Shown: piece after piece, positions 49,801-64,000 of the stretch
How positions within the stretch are numbered: position 1 is the stretch's first letter
Layout: every line of letters starts with the position of its first letter
Source of the DNA: Chrysomallon squamiferum
Lineage: Eukaryota; Animalia; Mollusca
DNA: 64,000 bases
Direction of reading: 5' to 3'
NCBI GenBank assembly: GCA_012295275.1
Contig: CM022670.1
Location: 13,826,001 to 13,890,000 of the forward strand
Program-made: the position numbers and the translations under genes
Notes under the pieces: model-generated
Told to the model about the DNA's origin: nothing
Databases searched by the model: none
The model's input: only the letters and a program-made list of their open reading frames with translations

Positions 49801-52325
49801 AAATGAAAAAGTAATATTAGAAAAAACAATAAATAAAATAAATAAATAACTAAAACAAAAAAAAAAAAAATTAAAATTAATAAATAATGATGATGTTAGG
49901 CGCAAATAAAAATCTTGAAACTTTCATGCTTATGAAATGTGATTTATTAAAAACAGACTTCGTTGGATGGTTTAGCCATTAAGTTTTGAAATATACAATC
50001 AATTTAACACATAATGCAATACAGATTAAAAATGATTATTAATGTATGAAAAAGCACTCCCATTACCAAATATCATTAACAGAGAAGAATTTGAAAGAAA
50101 CAGTGTTAATAAAAGTTTTTTACATTTTTTTAAATAACTTTCCATAGTACATTTTTAACTCTTAAATTTATTTTTATCTTATCACCCGGGATGCTTAAAT
50201 TTTAAATTTCAAACCTGTATCTCTTGAAATGTTTAGACACAAATGGAATGTCCAATTTAATCTCCTTTTTTTTTTTCAGAATAATTTTAAGCAAAGTAAA
50301 GATGTCACTATTATCCAATTAAGAAAATTTCCAGTTTGTTACATTTATATATCAATGGATTCAATAGAAGAATGCATGGACAAGTGCAGATCTGTGGGAA
50401 CAAAATACAGTGGTTATCATTTCACTCTACAGTTGTGGTTTTTACCTCTTTATATTCATAATAATCTGTGATCCATCACACTGAACCAAGTCTTAAATCA
50501 CAAGGCCAAGTATTAAGCTTTAGCCAACAATTGTGGAGTGAGAGAAAAAAAATTCTGATTTTGAAATTTTGGTTAAAAAAATGGTTTTATATAGTGATCC
50601 AGTGATGGAATTGATAGATATTAATCCAAAAGTGCATTTGGAGCACTTTTATGAACCCTGTCATTTGCTGGATACCTCATTTTCTGAGAAGATTTCAAAT
50701 CTTTTCAGAAATCTTATAATGTTCACAACCCCAATTAGCCTGTGACTTGGTTTGAAGTGTTGGGTCTCACATACTCTGATGAGGAAATCAAGTAGGTATG
50801 AATTAAATTTTACGTTTTAGATTACAATATGAACTTATGTAAATAAACAACTATACAAATAAAAAAACAGGGGAAAAAAAAAAAGAAAAAACAAGAGAGA
50901 GAGAGAAAAAAAATGATAATAAGAAGGAAAACAGAAGTTTTTTTTAAGTTATCAGTTGTGCATTCAATATAAAGTTCTTTCTAAATGTTATCTATGTAAC
51001 TTTTCCACATCAATATTTATTTTAAATATTTAGAAAATTGAATCTGCCTATGTTCTTTTACTTATTTTCTATTATGAATTATTCATCACACAAACAACAG
51101 AATTATAATAGTTTCCAAATTTAATTTTATCCCCCCAAAAAAACCAAAAATAATAATAATAAATAAATAATAAAAAAATAAATATAAAAATCCAAAACCA
51201 ATATGTATATATATATATATATATATATATTTTAGAAACTATATTCAGTCTTATTTATTCATTTTGAGAAATTATCTGTTGATCTTTTTTATTTCCTTTC
51301 ATCCATTCAGGCATCATTCATTCTCTCATTCATTCTCTCATTCATCCTTCATTTGTTCTTGGTATATCTATCCCTACTTTTAATTAATCAGTTCATTATC
51401 CTAATAATAATAATATTAATACAATGCATTCAATCTCGTTAACTAATATTCTGGTTTATATCTGATATAATAATAATAAATATTTGGTTACAAAATATTA
51501 TGAAAATAACTACAACATAAAGTAATATCAATAATTTGTTCATTCATCCAGTCTTTTATTTTTATGTGTTCCTTATTGTATTCATACATTTATTAACATT
51601 AATATTTAAATAGCATGACTCACATTGTTATGTTATTGTTTAAACTTATTTTTACGCTCAATATTCATTTCTCAATCCATTTCTCAACTCTAAGATTAAT
51701 GCAGTAACAACACGGTGAAAGTCCCATTGTAGTTGTGCCCTGAATCTATTTCCAAACATCTTGAAATATGATTTCACATTCTCTGGGAAGGTATTTTTTA
51801 AACAAAATGTCTTGCTGTTTTTGGAGTATTGAGGCATGATTCCTTGTACCAAATATTTAATGTCTAATAGCCAGTGATAGAAAAACAGTTAATTTTCTTT
51901 AATACTTTCTTTAAAAAAAACCAATTTTCAGTTTATGTTTATTATGACATTTTAATTATCTATTTATTTCCAAATCATTTATTATTTAATTACTGTTTAT
52001 TAGTTTATCCTTATCATAATTATTATTTACCATTATCATTATATTAATTATTTATTCATTCATTTATTGATTTATTATTTATCATCACCATCATTATTTA
52101 TTTTTATTTCATTAATATTGTTGTTGTTATTATTTATTTGTTTGTTTGATCGCCTTGCACTGTGAGTCTAAACCAGGTCAAAATATAAGCTTGAAAAATA
52201 ACAGCATATAAAAATACATACAGACAGTTAAAGACAATATCAGTACTGAGTTAAAACTGGTCACAGTTTGAAAAAACACACAAATAGGAATACATATACA
52301 TTGTAAAAATATGTTAATAATAGTG

Positions 52326-52378
<53 letters not shown>

Positions 52379-52637
52379 CAACATCAGTGATAATAATAAA
52401 AATATTTTTTCATAAATTCAAACACTCAAAAATTTTAAGACACATTTCAATACAAAAGCAAATATATCACAAAAACACAACTACAAAGGTCAGTTACTAA
52501 ATGGAATGAGTAGAATTAAACACAGCATTATTAAATCATTGTCATTTATAAATATAACACCACCACACTGAAGCTATCAAAGCTTTCTGTATATAAGTTA
52601 TATTATACCTGTACCTTTAATATAGGTATGTGTATGC

Positions 52638-52677
<40 letters not shown>

Positions 52678-53588
52678 TGAACCAACCAATATATTCCTGA
52701 AAAATACTTTTAGTATGGGAAAAAGTAAAAAAACCAAAAAAACCACTAACTAAATAAATAAATAAATTTCACTCTTCTTTCTGCATATCAGGTCTCTTGC
52801 TGAAATTCTTAGAACAATTCAACAGTCCAACTTAAGTCAGACTAACATTCTAGTTCAAGAGCTGGTCAAGACATTAATTAATAACCAGAAAGACTTAAAC
52901 AGTGTAAGCAACTTTATGTGATTGGGTGGTTGAAAGAAAGAAAAAAAATCTATCACAATATGCCAAGAAAAATGGATGCTAGGTCATCGTGTGTTAACTG
53001 CTTTGTGACACATTAGCCCAGTAAACACGGCTTGCTAGTACTAATGGCAAGAACTGAGAAAAACAAATGACAGCAAATTCTCGATTATCTCAGTAGCTGA
53101 CTGGCTGATCAGAGCTCATCCTCACAAATATTACAAACCTAACGTTATAGCTGCTGCTTTATCTCCATAAACATATCTGCCAAGGTAACCAAGTTTTCTT
53201 CTTCTTTATTTTTTTTTTTTTTGTGCAAAACAGTGAAAAAAGTCAGCATTAAAACCAGCATCATAATTTATCATGGTCATAAACCATCACTCCATCGGAT
53301 TATTTTCACAAAACACAGTTTAAAATAAGCTCTATCTTAATCCCAAAGAATGGCTGGAAAAAACTGTTGCAGATGTGATTTTCTATTTTATTTTTTTCCA
53401 CTGAAAGCTACAGAATAGCTGATGGCAACTTCCAACATCACAAATAAATAAAACATCAAGGAAAATTCCTTTCAAATGACAAAATTTGACTCAGTTCCCT
53501 TGATTCTGAAGTGCAGATCACAATTCCACAAACAAGCTTCCAAATGGTAAAGTAATGAGAATTAACTCCACAAGTTTTTGAAAATCTC

Positions 53589-54395
53589 TTAGTTGAAGAG
53601 AATTGATTCAGGATCCTGGTTTTCAAGCTGAGCAATGTGTCGAAGAACATCTTTCTTGGTAATGATTCCAAGCAATCGACTAAAAAAATTTAATAATTTA
53701 ATAGCCATTAATAAAACATGCATATTTGTTTTAACTACCTAGTCACATAAATGCATCTATTGCAAAAAAATGTATAACTCTTGATAAATAAGGTATATCT
53801 GATTTAATAAAAATCTAAGGTAATGAAAACATGCACTCTGGTTTCATCAATAATGAAACAAACCAAACTGAACACTCGATATTAAAAATGATCTAGTCTG
53901 CTGTGGACAAATAGCTGATGAAATGGTTTCTATTTGATAAGTTTACCATTAGAACAAGAAAAACAGCAACCAATTTTTGTGGACAAAAATTTGTTTTTCC
54001 ATTTGTCTAGTTCTGACTGTGTAAATTTTTGTAATGTAAGTGAATGTAAGTAACAAATAAGATTAACTTCCAGATATTCACGTCTCTGTTAATGTTCCAT
54101 TACAAAAGAATCATTTATAATTAGTAATGAAAAATGAAACACATATCTCACCCATTATGTGTGACCAATGTCTGTCTAAGACCAAGTTTCCTAAACATTT
54201 CAACAACAGTTTCCATTGGTGTTTGATCAGTAATTGTGACTGGAGCCTGAAACATAAAATTTAAATATTTTATGTCCCACAGGAACAGAAATTATCATAA
54301 TATTAAAAAAATCAGAGACATTTTAAAAACATTTTTCTAATGGGATCTGACTTACTGATAAATGCTGACAAAAAACACATTAAAACAACAACAAC

Positions 54396-54432
<37 letters not shown>

Positions 54433-55676
54433 TATTTCTGAAAAGTGGACAGACTGTGAGTTGGTTAACATAGAGTGATACACTGAAAATTTACAAAGAC
54501 CAATCTTAGCATTTTAAATTCCAATCATGTTTATTTAAAATTTATAACACAGAAAAGACTGCAAAGATCATATGGAGAAGGTTACTGAGAAAAATATATT
54601 ATGGTTGATATTTCAAAACACCAGACAACTGAATTATTAATGTTTAATTTCCAGTATTGTGTCCAACTTACCATATCCAGGATTTTGCGAAGTTTAAGTG
54701 GTGCAGGTCCATGCATGCTTGCCTGGACATGTCCAGTGAAATATACCATAGAATTGCTTACAATCCCTTCCAGTGTTTTCCTTGCATTACCTTGGAGGAG
54801 AAAAAAAAAAAAAAAAAAAATATATGAAATGAGATAAAAGGTATTTTATGTCTGATGACCAGAACTGAAGCTAAAATAGTAAAGAACATTTAATTATTCT
54901 TATGGAACCTGTACATTTAGTCACTTGGTAAAAGCATTACTGAAATATGGCTTGGCATGGCCATTTTTAAAATAAAAACCAAAACAATACATCAGATACA
55001 CTGTATGCAATCTATTCTCTCATCACAGAAAAAAAGAATGAAAAATTTATAAATAATAATTTTTTTCAAATCTCTGATGTTTGCAAGATTTATATTAAAT
55101 AACAAAAAAAAAAAAAAAAGCTTCCTTTGAAAATTACATGTTACAACTTAAAAATTATGGGATGACAGGCATGTTTAGGAAAACAAACAGTAATGAACAA
55201 ACTTATGGCCAGGTTAAGATCTCTTCGTAACACAAATCCAACAAGATACTGTGACTCTCTGGACACCACTACAGGAAATCCATTGTGTTCTGTGGTCCGT
55301 AAGACATTCTCTGGAAAAATACAACAACGTACACTGACCATAATAAAACATGCAAGCAACACACATACAGACATTCATGTACACCACGATCAGTTGTTTA
55401 ATAAAGATTATAAAGATAACAGTATGTATTTTCTTTATTGGTCTCCAACAATTAACATTTGAAAATTTCATTTCAAAGTTAGTTTCAATGCATGAAATTA
55501 GTTTAACAAAATAGAAAAAATTGACAAACTGACCTATTTCTTCAACAGTCATGGAGTCTTGTGTTATTGCACAAAGAGGAGGGTCATTTCGTCTGGAAAA
55601 GAAAAAATATTAAAATGTTTGTAAAAATGTAGTAATTATCTGCAAAAACACTAATTATTATTATTATTATTATTAT

Positions 55677-55711
<35 letters not shown>

Positions 55712-58700
55712 GTATTAGTAGTATCACTATTATTATTAATATTATTACTATTTTACAAACAATAGGTATTTTAAGCAAAGGGATATTTTGACAAGTCTCA
55801 GAACTATTTCTGCATCCATGTTCTTTACAATCACTTTTCACGAGATGCGTGAATTATTTCATTTTGAGAACACATAAATAATACTTTATATTGATGGCTT
55901 TTTCAGGTTTTGTATTAAAAACTTTAAGATATTTTGCTATTCATAAAAAAAATAAATGATTCAACAGTTATTGAAAATAAACACAATTGAAAACCATTTC
56001 TAATAAAGTCAATTCATTATAATCTGTTTTGTTCATACAATAGGCAGTATTTAACATTTTATCTTTTGTTATTTACAAATATCAGGTACCTTTTACTGAG
56101 TGCTTAGAAAACAATTTTTGTTCGCTTTGTATTTCTGAGAAAATTACAATTAATATTTTTCAAATGATATATAATAAAATCAAGTTCTCTGCATGTGTTG
56201 TAGCCTAGATCTTACAGGCTGTACTTTAAATCCTCAGTACATGTATTTATTTCTAAATTGCAATGATATTGCAACAACTGTGTTTTTAGTAGCAGTTAAA
56301 CATTAATGGCATATCAAAATCTACATTTACTTGTAGTTTATCTTAGATGTTAGCTGAAATTCTAATATTCTGAAAAACCTTTAATTAATAATGTATAATG
56401 ATGACTTTTGTTCCAAAAATAATAATAAAAAATACTCTTATTTCTTCAAGCTTGCTGTAAACTCTATATACACACACACACAAACACACAAACACACACA
56501 CCAAAAAGAGTGTTTTTTATTATTATTTTTAATAACAAAAGAATATTTTTTTATCATTTTTCTTATAACATAAATCATTATCATTATACATTATTAGTTT
56601 GTGTGAGCAGTGCAGGCCAAGGCAAAACATTTTAAAAAGATTATTGTATTAGCAACAACTGCTGTGTTTACTGGCATGAAATATATTTATTTTTGAAGAG
56701 CAAAAGAAACCAGAATTAATAACTAATTCTCTACATGTATGAATTTGAAAAAAAAAACTAATTTAAAATTAAATTCTTATATATAAATTTTCATTTCATG
56801 TAATAATTAAAACTATTTTAATATTACACTTTAATTCTTGTTTTGAGCAACAGTTACAAACATTAATATGTATTTAAACATGTTTCATGTTTTAATATTG
56901 ATTGTTACTTCCTGTTTGTCATGCATTCCTTGTATGCAATAATGAAAAAAAAAACAAGAAAAAAACAAAAAAACAGCCGCCATCATGCTAAGGGCTATAA
57001 TTAATACTTATAAGGAAGAGCAAGAGATTGTTGATATATAACCTTCTCATAGTCAGGAAACATTATTTAATGTTTTTTGTACTTCATTAAATGGAACACC
57101 ATACGGAATGGGAAAACAAGTTAATATAATGGAGGATACATTTTAAAATGTATCCGAAAAAATATTGTAGATTAACCAGAAATACACAATTCTATATATA
57201 AAAAATAAAATAGCATGATTTAATTAATTTAAAATCCAACAGTCATATATTTAAAAAAAATCATTATAGACATTTTTTTCTTCATAATTCATCTTTTACA
57301 CACAAATAAAAGTGCAGGAATGAAATGTAAAACATTTTCTAAATTACAACAACAGTCATATATTTCTGTTAAAAAAATTATTCATAAAACTTTTTTAAAG
57401 AACATTTTAAAACCTTTAAAGTTTTAATTTCTTTCTTTTACTGCTAACCTGGATAAATAACCAAGGTAAATAATTTTCATAAGTAAAAATGTATTAAATT
57501 AGTATATTTAATAAAAATAATCATTTTCTATATCATTCAACAGCAAAATGAATTAATTAAAAAATCAATAAAGAAATTAATGCTCAACTTTTTAAAATAT
57601 TTTTTCTCCCAAAATATGTTGGTTACTAAGATTGAGAAAATAAAAATAAAAATTGTATGTGAATATATTAAAGATGTGTGTGTGTGTGTGTGTGTGTGTT
57701 TGTGTTAACAAAATACTGTTTAAAGATGACACATATTAATTATGTTTAAAATTTATCACAAAAAATTTAAATTTAGAATATTTATCTTTTTACTCTGTTT
57801 ATATAATAAAAAATGAAGATGATAAATCTACCATCATATTGAAATGATAATTAGACTTAATAAAATAGATATATACACAACATCAATGCTACTGTCAACA
57901 ATAACAAAATAAATAGAAAATTATAATATTGCTTTCATTATGTTTTTCTGAACTAAAATACATCCAAAATGTCTATAATATTAATTATATATATATAAAA
58001 TTATACACAAATGAAATATAGTTATGACCATATTCATTTACAACATTTATTCACATAAACAACTGCTGTACAAAAAATTTACTCAATAGACTGCTATAAA
58101 TAAAACCCCAAAACATGTAGGGTTATAGTAATTAAAATAATCCTTACTTTATTTAGTATACTGATAGTTATGGGAAGTAAAATTTGTAAAAACAAAATAC
58201 ATATATTTCATGCAAAGCATATTTTAAATATATCAACACATAAGATCTAGAGACACCTAACATATTCACAATTCACAATGCTATAAAGATATACTTGGGC
58301 CAAACATTTAATGCATATCATTATGAAGTATAACCAAGTTTTTAATTATTTATATATATTTAAATCGTATAAAAAGGTCTTATACATGCTAGATTTACAG
58401 TTATATGTATATTTGTATGTTGTAAACATGATCTTAACAAATACAATATGTAATCATATTTGTGAAATATGTGATAAACTGATCCATAAAATGAAATTTA
58501 CAGTTTGAAAAAAACAAACAAAATACATTATATAAATAAATATAATAGTTGCATCTACTGATAATGTGATATAAGGATAGTGACGGTTTTTTATTTTAAT
58601 TATTTTATTTTATTTCGGTTTCCATAACCATAATATGGATTAAAAAAAAAATAATAATAATAATAATAAAAAATTCAGATTGTTCTAATAAAAGCATTGT

Positions 58701-60449
58701 CATTGGTAATGTTTCAAAATATTTTTTGCTAAGTTAAGTGGTCTGACTTGGCCAAAATATCACAAAATAGCAGCCTTTTGGCTAAAAGTGTCAGATTTCT
58801 CTCTCTTTTATTTCCTTCTTGTTCTTTTTCTTTTTTTATTAAAAAATTAAATATTTTGTAATTATCAAATGTTCTTAATTTACTGATTGATTATATATGC
58901 AATTTTATAACACGTAGTATTCATAGTTGGCCCAAGTATTCCATTAAAAAAAGGTTACATGCTAGAAATTAGCCACTGAACATCAAGACAGGAAAGTAGA
59001 ACTTACACGCCTATTCCATAACGCCAATATCTTTAAAATAAAACAACAAAGTGAAAAAATTAAACATTCCCACGGTATTTTCAGTTAACATGTGAATTCA
59101 TTACAGTTTGTGGTTTTGTTTAACAGACAAATAAATCTGTGTCTGACTTTGTTGTTAATCTTAATAACAATAACTTATTTCATGAAGATTTTTTTTTTTT
59201 TTTTTTTTTAAATTATTGGAAATACAAAATAGATTTTTCTAAGATCTGGAAAAATAAAAATGAAGTATATTCATAAGATGAACATCCAAAGCATTGTCTA
59301 AATATTAAAAGTTATGTACAAAATTCACAAACTATGAATTCACAGCCCTGATGATTATTTTTTTTTTTTTAAAAAGAAAAAAATAATAATTAAAAAAAAA
59401 AGCCATTCTTCATCTTCATTCAACAAGAAATCTAAATCAATTACTTAAAAGATTAAAAAATGTTAAAATTCAAATGTTAAATGAAATACGTGATAGAGAA
59501 CACGTTACCTTGGTCTCATCACATCTGCTGCTATTGTAGTGTGTGTAAACTCCTCCTTGCTGTCTAAGTAAGGGTACCCATTGAGTCGAATGTGAGCATC
59601 GTATCTTACAAAACTGTCAAGAATTTTAACTAGTTATCCAGAAATATACAAACTAAAAAAAATGAACAGAACTGAACTGAATTAAACTGAATAGTCAAGA
59701 CCTGAACCTAATTGATAAGAAATGAACTGACCAAAATGTAATTAAATAAAATGTTCCTAATTAAAGGAGAATAACAATATTACATCCCGTATAAATAACT
59801 TACAAAAGTAGCCATCAATAATTCTCTCTCAGAATGCTATTATACCACAATTATCTTGAAGTTTATGACATGTTATAAATGTTGACTGATATTAAAATGT
59901 ATCATATATTCATTTGTTGTAGAAAAAAGATACATTCCCTCTCTTCCAAGTGCATCACCCACCCACTTGCTCATGATGGCGGCTGCCATTATTGGCACAA
60001 TGTAGGGCAGGGCACCAGTCAGTTCAAACATTATCACAACCAGAGACACTGCAAAATAAAGTCTTAAATTTAAAAAGCTGGTAAGTATAAATTCACATTT
60101 TATACTTGTTTTCTAATCTATAAGGAAGTTGAATAAAAATAATGTCTTAAATTTAATAACCTAAACTACCAATATTATATTTTATATTTATTTTCTAACC
60201 TCATTCAAGCTTAATAAAAATAATGTTTTAAATTTAATAACTAAACTACCAATATTATATTTTATATTTAAATTCTCTAACCTCATTCAAGCTTAATAAA
60301 AATAAATTTAACAATTTACGAGTTAAATACAAATAACGCACATGTGCATTTGTATGTATAAGTATGTAATAAATAAGTATGTAATACAATAAAAATTAAA
60401 ATATTCAGCTAGGTATTACCTGGTTATGTGTGTGGTGTGTGTATGTTTT

Positions 60450-60481
<32 letters not shown>

Positions 60482-60731
60482 CTGTACATGATACAACTGC
60501 TGACAGTCTGACTGTAGCTATATCGTCATTAAATTCTGACCTGTCATCCTGGTGACTCCCCCTAGTGCTGCTGCAGCCCCAACCATAGCATACAGTCCAG
60601 GTGTGACCTTGCACAGTCCCTGACCTTGACACATGTTGACAAACAGAGGAGACTCGGGATATGTCCTAAAATGAACAAAAAAACAGCATTCATTTCAAAT
60701 TAACAGGAGAAAACCTTCAATATTACTGTAT

Positions 60732-60816
<85 letters not shown>

Positions 60817-63800
60817 ATTTTTTTTTTTTTTAAAGATTTTAAATTGTTTCTGTTCTTTGGATGCTTCTTTGTGAAAAAACACTACACATGTGTCTGGAGT
60901 TGATTAGATAATATAGAATTGAACAGAAATATCAACAGTAAATGGTAATACATACATGACTAACTGCTCCACTCCAATTCCTATCAGTCGACCCATGATA
61001 GCTCCCACTGCCATGCTGGGAATAAACAAACCTGAGGGCACCTAAAAACAAAAAATAAAAAAATTAAATTTAAAAAGTGATACTGCCATGGCTTCAAGGT
61101 TAAAAAAAATATATAAAATTTAAAAATAAATTTAAAAAAAATGATATAAATAATGAAATAAGAAAAATTGATCTTGTTATAAAAAATAAAAAATAAAAAA
61201 TGATACAAATAATTGAATAAGAAGAAAAATCAATCATATTACAAAAAACAAACAAAAAACGCAAACATTTATGTATAAATAAAAAAAAATAATAATAGAA
61301 AACTGTCACATGGACAAATTGGAGCTGCCACTAGCATATATGTTCATGTAAAAAGACACATTAACATTCATTATAAAGAACCAAAACTGGCACATGCAGA
61401 AACTGAAACTGATGTTGATGTACCTTCATGAGGAAGATTCAACATTGGTTAAAACATGAATCACAATAAATTTTCCTTTTCAAAAACAAAGTTAAAAAAA
61501 AAAAGAAACAAAAAAATAGAAAACCAACTGAAAACAAAAATGGATCATAATGTGCATGAAAAAAAGTCAAAATATGTTAATGGTTATTCTACAAATGACT
61601 TAAACTGGAAACCAAAATGGATGCTGACTTACCTTCATGCCAAAGGTCCAAATAGTGATGAGAGACTTGAAGATGAGAGCAAGAGCAAGTTTCCACAGAG
61701 ATGTGTACACGCCTTTACCTGCAAACGCACTCAGCTCAAACGGGTCATCTTTGGTTAAGTTTCGATGATAATCACTGAAGACAAATATATATAAATACAT
61801 TATAAATAATAAATAAATAAATCTAATTACGACTGAAGACAAGATAAATAAATTATTTAAAATAAATGTAATAATAAGAAGATTGAATAAATAATAAAAC
61901 TGTAAATAAATAAACATGTTGATATAGCTATGACTATAAATAAATACGTTATGGAATGTAATTGCAAAAAAATAAATAAAATGGACAAACAAACGAAATA
62001 ATAACATTAGTTTACACAAGAAATTACAAAGACATCTTATAAACACTGATGATACAAAAATACAAAAAATGAAGTTGGAAATGTAAATGGGAATGCTAAC
62101 CAAATTAGCAATATACTAAGTAAATAAGAGGGGTTTGGAGTGTTTTTCATTTTTTTTTTCAAAGATGTTGAAAGTAGGTAAATTAACTGCTTTGATTTTA
62201 AATGAAATAAAACTCACCACAACTCCATGTTGTCTCCTGGACCACATCTACTGACCAGCAGCTTGATAAGTTCACTCGTGTTCATTCTGAAACAACCAAT
62301 CAGAGAGCTCAGTTTATAAAGTCAGCATAGCAACAGCCAATCAAATATCTCAATTCATTTGTATTGTGTTTTTATTGTGTGAAATAAACCAATCATAACA
62401 CTGGGACAGTGGAAGTGAAACAAGTGAATTTTCAGTGACAGCAGGATAGTAATACACAATTGTTTGTTATTCTTACTGATCAGAAGGAATGGTTTATATG
62501 AATATTCTGCAGACACAAAGAAAATAACATAACCAATGATACACTACACATGGAGTAATGGCTGGAGTGGGAAATAGTCTGATGATTTCATAAAGGAAAT
62601 TTGATTCAGTAATGCTTTGTTCCTGATATATTATCAGTCAGCATTTGAAAAATACACAGAAATCTTCTGAATATCAGAAAACTCTTTGCCTTGCGAGAGT
62701 ATCACAGATAGCTAAAAAAAAGAGTCCTTTTTGCTGATTTCATAATCAAGCAATTACAGGACATGTAAAATCTGAAAATATAAAATTAAAATGAGAAGTA
62801 TTTACCTTGTGTAGGAATTTGGATAACTGAGCAAAGCAGTTATGAAAGTGACAATCAAAACCTGAAACAAACCCAAAATAATTTTAAAAAAAGATCTATA
62901 TAAAACTGAAAAAATATAGGCATTTTTTTTTTTTAAATTTAAATTCTAAACACATTCCTTTTCTACTTTTTATATTTTTTAAAATTGAAATTGATATTAC
63001 TGACCTATTTATTTTACTGAAGATACTATAGTAATAAATAACAATTTAACGATTTTTTGATTACAAAGGCAATGCGCACAGTATGCATGATTGGCCTTTT
63101 GGGCAGACATGTATGCTAATAACACTGTTTTTTTTTTTTTTTTTTTTTTAATGACAACCCCCACAAACCATATGGCACTTTAGGCATATGGAAATTAAAA
63201 TCATGTGGTATTTGAGGTTAAAATTATCTCTAAAGACTTTACATTACCTCAATAATTGGGTACCTTCCTAAGGATGATGTTTTTCTGTATCGACACCATA
63301 AGATGTTGAATTTGATGAAAAAACTACCATAAAGTCCCTGAAATAAAAAATATATAATGCATAAACCTTCAAATGGGAATACTTAATTATACACACAAAG
63401 CAAAGATATAACAAGTTGTTCCAAAAGGATAATCAGGCACTCTGAGGTAACAAATAAAAAGTACTTAAAATAAAATAATAAAGTCCTCGCAAAGAATAAT
63501 CTGAAGGGTTTAAGGATTAAAATTTCCAGTCACATTTACATAGAGCTCACTTATTATAAAAACAAATTAGTATAGTAAATAATAACAGCTGCAACAGAAT
63601 AATAACAATAACAATAATAATAATAATAATAACAACAACAACAGTAATAATAACAATAATAATAATCATAAACATTAATAGTAAGTAACATACCCCAAGA
63701 GCTCCTATGATAATGAACGGGATTAACTCCTGAATGTACCAAGGGTTGTAGTAGTCAATGTAAAACATGACGAGGTGATCGTTTCCGAATGGGTTGATTG

Positions 63801-63876
63801 ACCGCAACACAAAGGCTGCCACCAGGGCACAGAAAAAGGAACGCCAAAGAGTTTTCAGTGGAAAATAATAGCTGAC
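53589..63876 (-). CDS. CLCN3: H+/Cl- exchange transporter of the ClC-3/4/5 subfamily, C-terminal ~477 aa; 5' part lies outside the window
   Basis: 14 exons: 63876-63694, 63337-63248, 62861-62806, 62286-62218, 61774-61633, 61041-60956, 60665-60541, 60048-59934, 59604-59509, 55592-55534, 55310-55203, 54790-54672, 54246-54152, 53679-53589 (TAA). Motifs: [76 protein letters not shown], two CBS domains ([12 protein letters not shown]; [21 protein letters not shown]), end [29 protein letters not shown]. The symbol stands for the subfamily (co-orthologue of CLCN3/4/5). Confidence 0.94.
59605..59933 (-). other. Putative U12-type (minor spliceosome) GT-AG intron in the CLC gene
   Basis: 5' end GTATCTTTTT. 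Branch-site-like TTCTTGAC at 59623-59616, about 12 nt from an AAG 3' end. No extended polypyrimidine tract. Phase 2. Confidence 0.6.
60132..60310. repeat. ~81-bp tandem duplication in a CLC intron
   Basis: AATAAAAATAATGT.TTAAATTTAATAAC(C)TAAACTACCAATATTATATTT...CTAACCTCATTCAAGCTT occurs twice, plus a partial copy. Confidence 0.8.
60735..60814. repeat. (GA)n microsatellite in a CLC intron
   Basis: Directly visible. Confidence 0.95.
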
Positions 63877-64000
63877 CTAAACATTTGAAAATAAAAATTA
63901 AGTACATTAAAAAAAATATATAATAATAATAATAATATAAATATGTAAAAAATATGTTAATAAAATTAAGTATATAAATAAAAACTGATAAAGTAGTAAA

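Noticed and set aside
50355-50440. WSC-domain-like pattern (SIEECMDKCRSVGTKYSG)
   Set aside because: Only two Cys and a partial motif are present, and the downstream C-x-CG is not in frame. Too weak to call.
51658-51852. 64-aa minus-strand ORF as an alternative CLC terminal exon
   Set aside because: The nearest acceptor (about 51864) is not phase-compatible with the phase-2 donor at 54152, and I recognise no homology.
53456-53671. 71-aa alternative-frame ORF over the last CLC exon, reminiscent of the frameshifted vertebrate ClC-3b tail
   Set aside because: I found no frameshifting cassette exon in intron 53680-54151, and the peptide has no recognisable motif.
58742-58796. Imperfect hairpin TCTGAC-TTGGCCAAAA...TTTTGGCTAA-AAGT-GTCAGA as a miRNA or MITE
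   Set aside because: The stem is short and bulged with a large loop, and no TSD or second copy is seen.

Overview
AT-rich, microsatellite-dense, intron-rich animal DNA. It looks invertebrate, possibly mollusc or another lophotrochozoan, but that is an inference. I spliced four genes by hand, all with GT-AG introns and consistent phases. (1) A minus-strand NRPS-like enzyme (adenylation + carrier/PCP + start of a thioester-reductase domain; ATG at 7712, 14 exons, running off the left edge). Its A-domain motifs resemble the fungal glycine-betaine reductase ATRR rather than an amino-acid-activating NRPS. (2) A complete 19-exon PGM2 (minus, 30239-14128). (3) A complete 6-exon STARD10/PCTP-like gene (plus, 30748-42752), head-to-head with PGM2 and carrying a Tigger/pogo-type element in intron 4. 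(4) The 3' 14 exons of a ClC-3/4/5-type H+/Cl- exchanger (minus, 63876-53589), with one probable U12-type intron. The best candidate for new biology is the animal ATRR-like NRPS, a possible reductive betaine-to-choline route. Other notable signals are a sharp CpG boundary near 9650, a bipartite motif shared upstream of the NRPS and STARD10 genes, a PGM2 intron built from splice-donor-like repeats, and exon-like islands at 49-51 kb. Family assignments rest on recognised motifs, not on database searches.
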